A stretch of DNA of 59,887 nt, the filler included, from Platydemus manokwari (taxonomy: Eukaryota), in NCBI GenBank assembly GCA_037951405.1. It is 4 parts of 4 records of this genome, joined end to end, with 100 filler letters (N's around TTAATTAATTAA, not from the genome) between each part and the next. Parts side by side here need not be neighbours in the genome. Positions count along the whole stretch, not along the records: positions 1 to 17,101 come from JBBMOY011121440.1; positions 17,202 to 29,559 come from JBBMOY010174453.1; 2 more parts are not named here. One strand, written 5' to 3'. Shown here piece by piece: positions 12,751-26,406 of this stretch. Numbering within the stretch: position 1 is the stretch's first letter; each line of letters starts with the position of its first letter. The position numbers and the translations under genes were made by a program. Below the pieces are notes generated by a model that ran no database searches, was not told the DNA's origin, and was given only the letters and a program-made list of their open reading frames with translations.

Positions 12751-15549
12751 AAATATTAATTACTATATGATATTTGAAAAGAATTTTCAAAAGATATTAC
12801 TCGTTATACTGATTTTTATTAAAATTGATAGTTAAAAATTTTGTAACCAAAAGGAATTTAATTTATTATTTCGAAACTGTTACATTAACTTTTTATCAGA
12901 ATTCTATTTTTAACGTTACAATTTTATCAGAAAATGTTGCTTTGATTCAATATTTAACTATTTTATGGTTATTGACAAGTACTTGCTACAGAAATAAACG
13001 ACAGATAAAAATATTGTTACATTATCTAAGTATACTAATATGCTACTGCACTATTTATAGCTTAAATCAACCTCTTGAGTTCTAATGGCCCTCCGGTAGT
13101 AATTTAGCTTTAATGTGATATTTATTCAACTCAACATTCAACTTATATGGAGACAACAAATATGATGTCAAATTTAACTTGGTACTTTCTTAATTCTACT
13201 GAATTTTAATAACAATTCAATTGCTTTAAGTTCAGCCTCTACTTTTATGGCACTTAAATATCAAATAAAAACGTAATGAATGATATATATTAATGCGTAT
13301 TCTTGAAATTGATGCGGAATATAATCGAATTCGTAGCTTCTTCTAAGTGCGAGATTGGTAATGATTTCTTAATGAGGTAAGGCTAAATTAATATTGTCTT
13401 CGTTTTTATCTTGCAATATAATAATTAATATTTATCAAATTATTGTGCTTTTATTAATAAAAATATTTTTGCACAAAATTATTATAATGTTCAATTTTAT
13501 TATTCATACTTTATTCTATTGGGTACATCATAAAAATAGGCAAACTACTTTGGAAATATGTTTTTTATCTTTGTCGCTGTTTAACTTTCAGGTGCTGATC
13601 CTGATATGTATTTATAACTCGTTTCCAGGACGTGATTGTTTGACGATTTAATTTTCTGTAAAATATTGTGATCATTAATTATAATTTTGACATTTAGCGT
13701 TAGTGAATATGTTGGCTTTGTATTTTATTAAATTAATAATATTTAATTTATAAATAGAATGCCAACAAATATATAAATAAAAGCGATATTTAACTCTAAT
13801 GAAAAATAATGAATAATATTTAATTAAAGATAACAATTAATATTACAATCCACATAGGCAAAAAAGCAATAATTAATGATTAGCTGAAACAATAACTAGG
13901 ATTTACGTAAGTTATATATGTGTCTGTTCCTATAATTAAATTTGAGTCTTCTGTGCTTTGACCTCAAAAGCCATTATTGATGAGTAACTTAATGAGGATT
14001 GGGTATATATGTACCAACAATTCCACTGAAATAGGTAAACGCAGTTAATTTAAGTTAAAAACATAAATTCATTAAGATAATATCAATTACATAAGTCATT
14101 TTAACAAACTTGAATCAGGTTAGATTAATATAAATGAACATAGGTGGCGTTGTATAGTGTTATATTTTCAATAGATTTGTTTTGTTTAAATATTACAATT
14201 CATTGTAATCGATTTATTTTCCTTGTAATTGGATTTCTTAGAATAATTTTCTTACGATTAACTAGATGTTTTAAACTAATTCTCTTTCGTCATGTCTGAA
14301 ATTTCCGTATCTGTTTTCGATCTCTCTTGCTATTTTTAGTGTTTTATCTCATCTTTCTATTTTAATATTTTAATAATTCTATTTTTAAAAAATTGCATTT
14401 ATTATTGTTTAATATTATTTCTGTCCAGGGTAGGCTTCTGATATTTAACAAATATCTTAACAATTCTACTCATTAAAATCAAAAATATTATTATTAAAAT
14501 TAAAAGTAACACAAATACGATATACATATTTCTCTATGTGTCAATTTATTGGTACTCCGTAAGAAATTGACTGTTTTAAGCAATTCTCAACAACAATCGT
14601 CTACGATTATTTAATGTTTCGAAAATTTTGAAGATGATAATAATCAAATTCAGTACAATATTTATTAAAAATTTTTGTGTTGGTTGATTTTACTAGTTTA
14701 CATTGGTCCTGGAGGTCTTCAGTAGCTCTTACAAGGACTAAGCTTCCGGAATACATACTGAAGTTATTTAAAAATTATTATTATTCAATTGATTGTTACA
14801 ACAGGGATTTGGATTAACAGTAATGTGTTGATTTGCATTGGGTTTTGGTAATTGAGGCTATAAGGCTTTGTGGCTTGCTGATTTCTGTGTTGCGCATTTA
14901 TAGGAATTGGTGAAGTGATTGTGGGTAAATTTGATTGGAATATTCAGAGAGATTGGAATTGTTTTTGGTGCTATCCTCAACAATAATACTTTATTAGAAC
15001 GTTATTTTAAACCAAACATTTTTTATTATTGTCAGTAATATTCGAAATCCGATAATGCTCTGGAATTCGTTCATCCAGGTGGATGATATGAGGAAAATTA
15101 AAATTTAAATAAATTTAAATGGAACAATTTGAAATAATTTTATAAATAAGCTATTTAAAAATCTTTTAATTTTCAATGTTTTAATAAATTGAAATTCTAA
15201 TTGATTATTTGAATATTGATTATGAAATAATTTTTGATATTTTTAATATTTATATTTTAATATTTATATTCCTGATTAAAGCTTTGTTGTAAATATTTGA
15301 ATTTGTTTAAAAATCTTTTTAAAATTAAATTTTTCGAAAAATTAAAAAAATTCTCCAAGATTAAGTATAATGAATTTCAAAATTTAATTGAAGCAGTTAC
15401 TACTAACAAAGTCAAATTATCTAATTGGAATTGTTCTGGAAGGAGTGAAATAACAAATCATATCAATTTTTGCAATATAATTGCAGATTAGGGTTAGTCA
15501 ATAATAAGAATCGATTTAAGTTCGACTTCTGGAAGATGTCAGCTAGAGT

Positions 15550-16250
15550 TGTGGTTGAATTGTTCCATATATTGTTTTATTTGTTTACCTGAATACTTAT
15601 AATAATATTTGGATTGAAGATCAATATTGATTTAAATATCTATCAAAATTAAAAAAAATATGTACAACACGCCATTTTTGTTTTATTAATACCACAAAGG
15701 AATGCCGTCCATCTTTAGCTATTTTATGTCTAAATATTTAACTTCCTTAAAATCACGAAATACATTACATAGATCACCTGGCTGTTATAATATCATTACA
15801 TCATTGAAACAATAAGTTATTAATAAAAAGTGACCATATTTTGCAATGTTTGATGATAATATTCCGTGAGTGCATTTAATCAATCATTTAAGGTATGTAT
15901 GATGTAAATTTATTCTGGACAGCTTAACGAGTTATTTAATTCTATAAAATATGCAAATTACTTAATATTTTTAATGATATTAGAAGTCAGTTGAAATTCA
16001 GCATCTATTGTCTTGATTATCAGAATGTGAAATACCATTAAATATCTTTTTATCCATCAAACCAATTCAGAAAAACTTTAAGATAATTGGTGAATCTTGT
16101 CGATTTTGTTCGTAAAATGTTGTTTATATTATAAGATTGGTAACGAAACCATAATAAAACTGAAATATCTTTATCAACTTGTTGAACCATATTTGTCTGT
16201 TATCTTTGCCTATACAACGGATTAAACATTTTGTTGTCAACTAAAGAACA
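15550..16250 (-). mobile_element. Degraded Ty3/Gypsy reverse transcriptase relic
   Basis: Minus strand CFNDVMIL (YxDD-like, ~15810) followed by C..FRDFKEVKYL(G)HKIAKDG-like (~15760-15710), typical of the RT C-terminal motifs. Confidence 0.5.
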
Positions 16251-16548
16251 ACTATGTTAATTTATTACAATTTCCAAAATGTTTTCATTCTAATACTTCA
16301 ATTATTATTTTCATTATAATAATAGTCATAATAAATATAAATATATATTTTGAAAACACTATCAAACTACTGAATATTAAAATAAGCGCTCACGTGACTA
16401 CATATATTCGTGTGTGTAATTTGTTAATGTTATTTTTATTTGTTGACTAGAAATTTTATTTGTTGATATTGAAATAATTTATTTTAGAATTTTAATATGA
16501 ATATGTAATCATCTACCATATAATTCTGATTTGTTTTTATACATTAAG

Positions 16549-16699
16549 GCGATTCTAGAAGTATTTTGATCAGAGATAGGTCAGTTTATTTCACTACTGA
16601 AGATCATAAACCTAAAAATCCAGATGAAAAAAATCGAATAGAAAGAGCTGGTGGTAGTGTTTTATCAGAACGAATCAATGGTTGCCTTGGAGTTTCGAG
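16549..16699 (+). CDS. Internal exon of a protein phosphatase 2C (PPM1A/B-like)
   Basis: AG/GT-bounded 151-bp exon encoding (G)[50 protein letters not shown], containing the PP2C GDSR, DHKP..E..RI..AGG and RING.L.VSR motifs. No other catalytic exons found in the window. Confidence 0.93.
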
Positions 16700-17101
16700 G
16701 TATGGAATAATTATTAAAAAAATCAGTTGTGATTTTATCAAATAAGAATGTCAAAATAAAGAAATATCTTTGAGATTAAAGGAAAACAGATATGATTTTA
16801 AGATTATATGAGTATAAATAAAAACTCGAATTATATTATATCGATATTTCATTTGTAGAAGTTACAAATATTCTGAGTAGTGTTCCATTATCCAGTACAT
16901 TTAAACAATGGATTATATGTTCGATATTATGTTTCTCAATGACTCATTAAAATTTAACGGTTTAACTTCTTTTAACATTTGAAAATCTAAAATCTTATAC
17001 GATTGCAATTAATTGTAGTAAATTAACCGTAAAAGTAAATATTTGATGTTTTGATAATAATGTAATTTAAAAAGAATATATAAGTATAATAATAACGAAT
17101 A

Positions 17102-17201
17102 NNNNNNNNNNNNNNNNNNNNNNNNNNNNNNNNNNNNNNNNNNNNTTAATTAATTAANNNNNNNNNNNNNNNNNNNNNNNNNNNNNNNNNNNNNNNNNNN
17201 N
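17102..17201. other. Assembly spacer N44-TTAATTAATTAA-N44
   Basis: The same 100-bp layout occurs three times; TTAATTAATTAA places stop codons in all six frames. Confidence 0.97.
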
Positions 17202-18298
17202 AGAAAGGGGAATGTGAAAATTTTTAAATAAATTAAATTTTTAAAGATTTAACTCGAATTTTATATAGAATTATATTAATTTGCTTATATAATTGTATTT
17301 AAATATAGAATTTGGAGTCGTGGGTGTTCAGTTCGTTTTCAATGCTTGTTTCATAAAATAGTATCGGCTTAGAATAATAATCCATATCGATTATATTTGA
17401 AAATAAATTAGGTCTTTCAATATAAACGCAAAACTTTCAACGATATAGTTAAAAATCAAAAGAATTTGACCCATATAACGATTTTATCGAAATTTTAAAA
17501 TAAATATATTGCATGTGCTTGGAATAAAAATTAATAAATTCATCGTGTATATAACATGGTTTTAATTTTTACATTTTTTCTTAGATGAATTGCAATTTGA
17601 ATAGAAAACTTATCAAATAGGAGATGTATCATCAGTTATTTCAATGACTAATAGAGATTATAAAGGATTATTGTGTTGAAATTACCTGCTAATTTTATAA
17701 TGAATTTCTAACTAAAATTTAACCTGTAAAAATAATCGAATGATGATAGAATTTATTCTGTATTTTACTTCAATTTTTTTGCATATCTAGTTATAGAATT
17801 TTCCATTAAGTAATTTAATAAAATTGGTTATTAGCTATTGAAGGATTATTTTTTGAATTTTCATGAATCTCATTTATTTTCAACATTGATTTTAATTGAA
17901 TGAGTAGTTTCGTAGCACACTAACTGTAGCTTATTTCATTGGTAGTTTATTTATTATGGATTTTGCTGAAGTCGATATCCACTTTCATATTTTTTTAAGT
18001 TTGTGTTCAACTGGTAAGTGCCGAAATCGAATCTGTGAATTTGGACTGGCAATTATTGCAAAACAGTTTCTTTTTGACATCTCAACTGTTTTTGTTAAAA
18101 TATAAAATATCATTATCTGTTTCTTATTCTAAATCTTCCATGTTAACAGGTTTCTTTAATTTTCTATGTCTATTTTATTCAATAAATTGAGATAGTCATG
18201 TTAAATAGGTATTCCTATAATAATTAAGTCACTAGTGTATAAAATTAATGATTTATTTATATTTGATTAAAACAACAAAAATAATTTTTAATAAATAG

Positions 18299-18671
18299 GC
18301 CTTCAAAGAATCATCAATTCAAGACGATTGTGATCTTTATAATGAAACGCTTCGACATGTTTTCATGCTTAATTTAGAGGACGTGAACCAAGTGTTTACT
18401 ATTATCCAAGCACAACATGAAAATGGCAGCATCGATTTGGGTATATTTTTCTTTATTATTATTTTTTTAAATTATTTTCAAATTCCTTTTATGTGACGAA
18501 AAATCTCTGTAACTGGATTTTATTTTAGAAACAATTGATGAAGTGATGAAAATCATTGTCGATCCTTTCAATATGTACAAAGATTATTTTTATCAATACA
18601 ATTTTTGCAAAAAATCCAGCAAGTGCAACACCAATTCAGAAATGTCTACTAGTAAACCAATAAATGTTTGA
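18299..18671 (+). CDS. Two terminal coding exons (18299-18440, 18529-18671), possibly the PP2C C-terminus
   Basis: Phase-compatible 88-bp GT-AG intron. Joined product AFKESSIQDDCDLYNETLRHVFMLNLEDVNQVFTIIQAQHENGSIDLETIDEVMKIIVDPFNMYKDYFYQYNFCKKSSKCNTNSEMSTSKPINV*. Same strand as the PP2C exon across the spacer; the link is inference. Confidence 0.55.
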
Positions 18672-21627
18672 TATTTTTGAAATGTTCACAACCCACCTTT
18701 TTTGTGTTATTCAAAATTATACTAGTGGTGTAATACGATTATTTTCTATTTTTTTCTTTTTAATTCGTTTGCATATGGATCTTATTATGTCAAACGTATT
18801 TTTTTTTATCACATTGATCAAAATTGGACGTTTCTTTTATTATAAATATTATTGTAACATATATATATTTATATATAATATTAATTGATTTTTCAATGGT
18901 GTCGCAATCGATTGGTTTAGTAAATATTTTGTGAGCTGTGAGCGTCTCGGGTGAATTATTTTAAATATCTCTTTTGTGAATATTGAATATATTTGAATTT
19001 CAATGATAATGTATGGTTTTGAATCGATTAATGTAAATGTGCTATTTATTTACTATTGATAAATGGGTGTACACATTGATTTCTATTTGATTAATCGCAT
19101 TTTAATGATTTCTGTTCTATTTGATTGGCCCACTATTTTTCGGGCTCAAGCTTTGATTTATTATTTGCAAATAAATAAATATATATATGCATTGATTGTG
19201 GAAATAATTAGTTTTTTGAAAACTAAAATTTGTTCAGAATTATCAACAAATATTCTTAGCTATAAATGATGCGTCGAGAAAAGGACTTTTTAGATGATTT
19301 TTAATATAATGATTGTATAAATAACTCTGTAAATATATTATTATTAATAAAAGCGAATGAATTTCAGTTTTGGACGAAATGTATAAATGGTGGATTGGAA
19401 GATTATCCATTTATCGGTGATTTAAGAAGTTTTAAAAATGTTCTTTTGATGATCTGGATGTTTTAATGCACAATTGTTTCATCAATATCAACTTATATGT
19501 CACTAATATTTTACTATTACTATATGCATTTTAATTTCCGTAATTTTATTTAAAATCTTTCTAGCTTTGGCTGATTCGAACTGACCGCAAATCAAAATTA
19601 AGCAAGAATTTCTCATTTGAAAAATCGGAGAGCTTTAGCTTGAGTTATTTGATTAGTTTTGTTCTGGTCGTGATTGATACTTTAGTTGAAATTTAAACTG
19701 AATTTACTGCAAAAAATATTCGTGGTTACAATGATTTTGTTACTTTATGATTATCTTGAACACAGTTATGCATTGCACATGTGATGGCGGTTTGGGTTAA
19801 TTTTATTTATTATTCCGAATTTGAGTCCAGATAATTGCTCTTGTTAACAATGTAATCACAATTTCCTTTTTAATCAAATTATCGCAGGGAATACTAATAT
19901 TCCCCTGTCAATGAAACTTTATATTAATTTACTTTATACACGATGACTAATAATATTTATTCTAATATAATGCTCGATAATTTACTTACCTAATAAGCTT
20001 GTTTTGCACTGGTTTGGTTTATTTTTTTTAGTGATAATTTGAAAAATTCTTATCAATAATCAAGCACTGTTATTATCAATTAGAATTAATAAAATCGGCA
20101 CTTTTATAACTTTAAATGTAAACTTACTAGTTTGAACTTTGTGTGACTTCAGTTTATTTTGTCGATTCTAATTTTATCTAATTTTTAGTTAATTACAATG
20201 TACCTATTGATTTGATTTTATTACTTTATCATCTCACATTGAGGACAAAATAAAGTATTTTATATAATTTTTTGAAACAAATTTAGATGGATCTTATGGT
20301 TTATCCTTGCAATCAATGTTTTATTACAGTAGTTGCTTATATCCTCTTTCATCTATTGTCATGTTTATGCTTTATTGTGATTGTTTCAATCTTTATGAAA
20401 ATGATTTAAACTACGGTTTTGTTTGGCCTGTATACTGACTTATTATCGTTTCATTTTTTATTACGAAAACAGTATATTATATTATATATTTGAACTTTTA
20501 CAAAACTGTATTTCTTTCTTAGTTTCTCAGATTCTTTTAGCATCGGTTTGTAATACAATGTTCGTTAGTCAAATTACAGTTGCTGTTTGAATTTTCATTT
20601 TTTTGTTTTTTTTCTAATTATCAATTTAATGTCAACTGATCTAAACATAACTTTGAATTCAAATTTCAATTATTCTAATGCACTTCAGCCAAATAAAATG
20701 TACACTTTACCATGAATTTTAAATTACCACATTTCTATATTTACATAGCTCATATCATTGCAGTAAAAATATTATTAATAATATCGAAAGTTTAACTTTG
20801 GTATTCTTTTACATTATGTGAAATACATAAATTTGTTTTAAATTAATAGTGTTTGGTTTTAAATTTGATTTGCCTTGGTAACAAATGTTTTTATCGGCTT
20901 TATAAGTTTTTAATTGAGATTTTAATTATTACCATAGTGTAATACATATTTTTAAGAATCAAATAGGAACCAGTTGGACCGACCAACTTAAAATCGTAAA
21001 ATAAAAATGAATATGAATGTATATATAAAAAGATTAATAAATATTGTAATAAAATGATAATGATAACTCATTATCTCACCGTCCATATCGAATAAATAGA
21101 AGAGTAAGATACGATATCAAATAGAAATGGATCGAATTTTCAAACAATCATTTTCAGGGGTGAAATTTAAGCATTATTTTAAACGTTATAATAAGGAACT
21201 GAATTTTTGAAACTTGTTATTGAAAATTCATCTTTGAAACTTATTGTTTTAAATTTCTAAATTATTAATTTGAGCTTAATAATTTGGAGATAATTAAGCG
21301 AAATTCATTCTTCGAAAATAGGATCATATTAATTATCTGTAATTCACCATTGAGTATAATATTATTTTTATGAAATATTAACGAAATTTTTCAAATCGAT
21401 TGTTTACCTAAAATTTATAATTATTGCTCAATTTCTTTATTTGTTGACTTCACCTATTTTAAAGGAACTGGAAACTTGTCATGTTTTATAATTTTTTACT
21501 ATTCATTCATGAGGCTGTGCTATATTTTATAGAAATATGATTAATATGTGAATTATCTTTGATGTTTTTAACAAATTGTACAAACATATACACGCACATA
21601 TACTTTCATCTTATTTTCGATTTTCAG

Positions 21628-21699
21628 GATGATCCAAGGTTTGAGGTTGACACTGATAAAAGGCCTCTGAAAGATGATAGAAAAGAAAAGATCGTGTAG
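21628..21699 (+). CDS. Candidate short terminal exon, unknown gene
   Basis: Strong acceptor TTTTCAG followed by DDPRFEVDTDKRPLKDDRKEKIV*; no recognisable homology. Confidence 0.3.
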   Translation, partial: DDPRFEVDTDKRPLKDDRKEKIV

Positions 21700-22140
21700 T
21701 GTTAATTCGAGTGATTTAAAAGTTTTCTTATACTACCAATCCAGCTATTTGAAAACAGAGTTAAAGTAGCTAATGACTAGTAGGCATAATGATATATTTA
21801 AATATTCAATGATTTCAACGAAATTTATTTAAAAATTATTTAAACTTTTATAAGATACTTAATTAAAATTTAACTGATAAAAAATATTGGACAAACTATT
21901 TTATATTTTTAGAAAAAAAAAGAAATTTTAGATTGAAAATCAGAAGCTAAATATTTTTCAACAGCATTCTTATATTATATTATGCAACGATTATATTCTG
22001 CTACATAGCGATTAAATTTTACAAAATTTATTGAAATTCGTACCCTGTTCGTAAAAATCAAATAAAATTTACTATGGTAAGAACCAAAATTACAAATTAT
22101 GAATGGTAAATTAAAAGTAGTCGCTGCAACAATAAGTTAA

Positions 22141-22445
22141 ATTGCAAGTAACATATGCGGAGTCATAAATATAGGTACAAATAATGTTGGGTAAGCAACA
22201 AAAGTAACAACAAAAATACTCCCGGAGAACATCGAAATAACTCTCAAATGGTTAACAAACACATTCAATAAGCGCATGTGCCAATAGCCAGTCAGATTCA
22301 CTCTATATATCAAACAATAATTAGAATTCAATAACAGACTGGCGGATACCAAAAAATGGCAACAAACATCGATATTCACCAGAGGCAAGAGAAATTGCTG
22401 ACAGATCGATTTTTGACCGTCTCTATCGAATGAAAAGCGAATTGA
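22141..22445 (+). pseudogene. Degraded SGNH/GDSL esterase-like fragment, probably from a retroelement ORF1
   Basis: Plus frame reads CGVINIGTNNVG*...ENIEITLKWLTNTFNK...PVRF...LEFNNRLAD (block III GxND-like motif and the conserved ..FN..L helix), with a DRLY near the end; several stops. Confidence 0.4.
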
Positions 22446-23529
22446 ACACACACAATGATCATATAAAAGGAGTCATATTTCACGAGCAAATGCCAGTCCT
22501 TTTGATCGGTAACTTTCTTTATTTGTGATTTTTTACATGAATTTTCAGACAACCAATCTTCGTGGTTGTCTTTTGTTTTGTATTCAACTTTCGGTTGCCG
22601 AAAGATGATCTTGAGCGATATCTATTGTTTGTTTATTGTGATTTCCAATTGTATTTTGTAACTAGTTAAATTTGTAGATCAATGTAATTCAAATTATAAT
22701 TTTCAGTATTCAGTGTCAGTTAATAATCTAACAATGCAGAAGAGAAAGAGGAGTAATGGTTACTCAGATTTTTATTCATTAAAATTCAAAGCAAAATTTA
22801 AATGCATATATCGTCGAAAAATTCAATCTTTCCTGAGTAATTTTGTTTCACATATAGTATACAAAATAAGTTGAATGGGATATATTCGTACCATCAGTTA
22901 GTTCACCTTGAAATATAACTGATAGGACATTCACTATATTAGTAAAATCGATTTATTCTTGAGACCTTTTTTGACGAGAGAGAATGGCACTTAGAACCGT
23001 CGCTGATGAAAATTATCTACTCCACTTAAGCTTTAAAATATGACAAGTAAATTTCATTAAAATTTAAATTACACAAAATTTGTATCCATTCATTATGAAA
23101 TATTTGCTGCACAAATTGTTGTTGCTCATTTAATCAGAATTTTTGCTCTTTTATTTTAAATTTTTATCGGCTTACTAAATATTTTTAATAATTAAAACAC
23201 AACCATTTTTGTTGCTCTGAGTGGGATATTGGTTGGATAAATCTCAAAATATATTAACTAATAGCAACAATAATTTAATTTAATATTATCATTAGATGGC
23301 ATCCTCGTGTGCAGAAGAATTAGGAAATATTTTTAATTTGAGTAATAAAATTTCACTCCACTACCATTTAGAGTACCATATACACCAAAAATCTCTTAAC
23401 TATTATTAATCACTGAAAATATAATTATGCGGAAAAAGATTTTTCAATGAGAATTTTTAACAACAAAATTTAATTATACAACGATTAATTTAATATTTAT
23501 ATATTGATTGAAGAAAATTTTTAAACCAA

Positions 23530-24567
23530 TCACAAATGTCTAAGTTCTCGTTCAAGACCATACATCATGGCTTTTAAATCTTTCAATTGAGCTGATAAAT
23601 GATTTGATTTTGTTGCAGTGTGTTTTACTTCACGAAGGATGGCAAGATCAAGATCTTGGGGCATGAGATTGGGCCCATTTGAAGAGATTTGGTCGCCAAG
23701 ACTTAAGGTTACCTGAATAAGATAAGTCCATTAAAGATCCAATGATAATGATTGACAAGTGACAAAAACGATATAACTAAACAAAACTCCACACAATACC
23801 TATGAAGATCTAGAAACCACCAATGCATCACCATGATGCATCTAAAGCGTATATTATAACAAAATCTTTTAAAAGCATGCAAAAGCAAATCATTTACAAA
23901 TTACCGTATATAATTGCTTTTCCAGAGTCTTCAATTTCTTTCTTAAATTTGCAATATCGGTTTGGAAACCTTGAACTTCAAGATTTCGTCGACGTTCGAG
24001 ATCTTTGTATCGTTGATTCATCATTTGTAATCGATTGTTGATTTTCATTGATCTATTTTTATAAATATCCTTAGTAGCATCGCCTTCTTCTCGAATTTGA
24101 GACAATTCATTCTCCATTTCAATAACCTTTTTATAAAGACACAATTCAATGGTGATGGAGAAATATGTTATTGGTTCATGATTACTTGTTCACGATACAT
24201 TTCAGACATTTTCTGTTGCTGTTCAAGCTGATATTCCAAATTATTAATTGTATTCTTATATTGGGCTTCTTTCTGTTCTTTCATTTGTCCAGTCCATTCA
24301 TTCCAAGCTTTACCTTGCAAACTTGTTGGATCAGTGATGATCAGTTTATTATTTGGATCTATTATTATTTAATAAGCTGATAATTGACAATAATTTAATA
24401 ATTCAATCAATCTACTGCCGCTTCCTATTGATGATTCTTTGACCTTTAATCTTCTAAACAATGAATCTTTCTCTGATATCCAATGTTTCTCATTTTCTCG
24501 ATATTTACTTCGTTGAGAAAGAAAATCTTTCGTATTTTCATATAGTAGTTCCTGGGTTCGTTTCAAT
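23530..24567 (-). CDS. CCDC77: Coiled-coil domain-containing protein 77, last four exons
   Basis: Exons 24567-24416, 24358-24186, 24126-23905 and 23712-23530 (TGA), all GT-AG and phase-compatible. Encodes TQELLYENTKDFL...EKHWISEKD...MSEMYREQVIEMENELSQIREEG...RYKDLERRRNLEVQGFQTDIANLRKKLK...DLAILREV...LKAMMYGLERELRHL*, closely matching the CCDC77 C-terminal half. 5' exons not found before the spacer at 29560. Confidence 0.93.
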
Positions 24568-26406
24568 CTGATTTAGACATAATTTAGGCATTATTATTAA
24601 TTTCATTAATAATTATTATTTATTTATTTACAACTTTAATAATATTTTCCTGTTAATTTAAAAAATTATTGAGTTAAGTTAATAAAACGGGTCCTTTGAT
24701 CTATTTTCGTAATGATAAATTTTCGCGCATGAGATAATTTTATAACTTCATTTTATATATAATTAAGGTGTTTGAGTTATTTGTATAAATCAGTTAATAT
24801 CTCACTTGTTAGGATGTCTAATAGCGACAAAACATGGCTTTAAAACCAAGTTCCTAATCTAAAATTGTAAAAATTGAGAATATCTCTCAATTTGCTTCTA
24901 ACGTTAAAAAAGCAGTCCTAACTAGTTTTCAATTAATTGCAATTCTACCTACTTTGATCCATTTATCTAATAATCAAATTTTAATAGATTTTTAAGCTCC
25001 AGTGTATTTAATATTTTATATCAAACAACTAAAACTCTTCTTAAGTACTTAAATAAAAAATTCAAAATATTTTTAAATAATATAATTTAATAAACTATAT
25101 AGATTTTTGCAATACACGCAACAAATTTAAAATTGTATTTTAGGACCTCTTTTCTTAACTTTAACCTGTAAATATTTCTAATAATTTAATAAGCTAAATC
25201 AATCGCCATCATAAATGATTTTACTAACTGAAATATTTAAACAAATATTTAACGAATACAAAAAATCATATGTATTATGAAAATAATTATAATAATGCGG
25301 ATTGAAAAATGGTTTTATCAGAAAGTAAATTGGTTTCCTTTATTAGAAAATAATAAATAATTGATGTTATTAACAAATGACGATATTGGAAATGCTCTAT
25401 TAATTAATTTTTTACGCAGCATTTTCTTTGACCAATTCCACTCATGTAAAAGCTTAAAAACACGATAAGAACACAGAAAAACAAATATCAAATCAAAATA
25501 TGATGCAACATGACACAAAAAATACAGACAGATCGCGACTTTAAAGATCGATATAGAGATGGACAAATGCTAGTTGAAAGCCAAGTTTGGGTTAAGATTT
25601 TGTAATTTGTGAAATTGATTAATACACCTTCGAATTGGGGTCAGTTGTTTATTGTTCATAAGTACTCAACACAAAATACTACTGCGAAACTACTGCATTT
25701 ATACTAAGCATTTCCAGACCTCTTGAACCCGCATGGAAGCAGATAAATCTAGAAGCTTCTGAACAAGTGCTGCTCAATAAATTATTGATTGTTTTGATTT
25801 CTTCGCAACGAATTTTGAAATCTAAAAATGTATATCACTAATAAGGCAGAAGAGATGTACTCTCGAGCACTACTGTCGAAGTGACTGAAATAATTGAAGT
25901 ATTGCTGAGAAATATCCTTAGTCAACAAGCAATCACATCACAACGAAAAAATTGCTAAACTGAAAACAACAACCAGTATATTATATTTCTACAATAACTC
26001 ATAATGATACACTTTATTGATCACCTATTTCCTGATAAATCTATAACATCAGCTACTCTTACTTTTCAACAATAAGTTTTACCGTATTTTATTCATTTTT
26101 TGTGTTACTACGTATTTGATCCGAATCTTCAATGAAGATTTTTCTAGTATTTCACCGCTCTTTTTATGAGTATTTAAATATTAATATAAAAATATTATTA
26201 TAATAAAAATATTGTTATTTAGTAGAACGTGTTCAGTTATATAATCATAAATTCATAAACTTTAATTACTTAAATCAGTGTTACTCTCTTAGTTCAGTTA
26301 TCGATTGTAATTACTCGCTTACAAACTAGTCAATGTCAATCGGTAATGGTTCAAGTTTATTATTAAGTGGATATAGATATTATAAAATTAATTTTCACTG
26401 CTGAAA

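Noticed and set aside
17146-17157. Identical palindrome TTAATTAATTAA occurring three times inside N runs
   Set aside because: Artificial six-frame-stop assembly linker, not a biological motif.
19885-19907. Small hairpin CAGGGAATA-CTAA-TATTCCCCTG as a Helitron 3' end or terminator
   Set aside because: No CTRR terminus just downstream and no other supporting structure.
20287-20440. Possible exon after TTTAG
   Set aside because: Two frames are open briefly, neither is recognisable, and no convincing partner exon was found.
23823-24380. Plus-strand ORFs 23823-24041 and 24165-24380
   Set aside because: Antisense shadows of CCDC77 exons.
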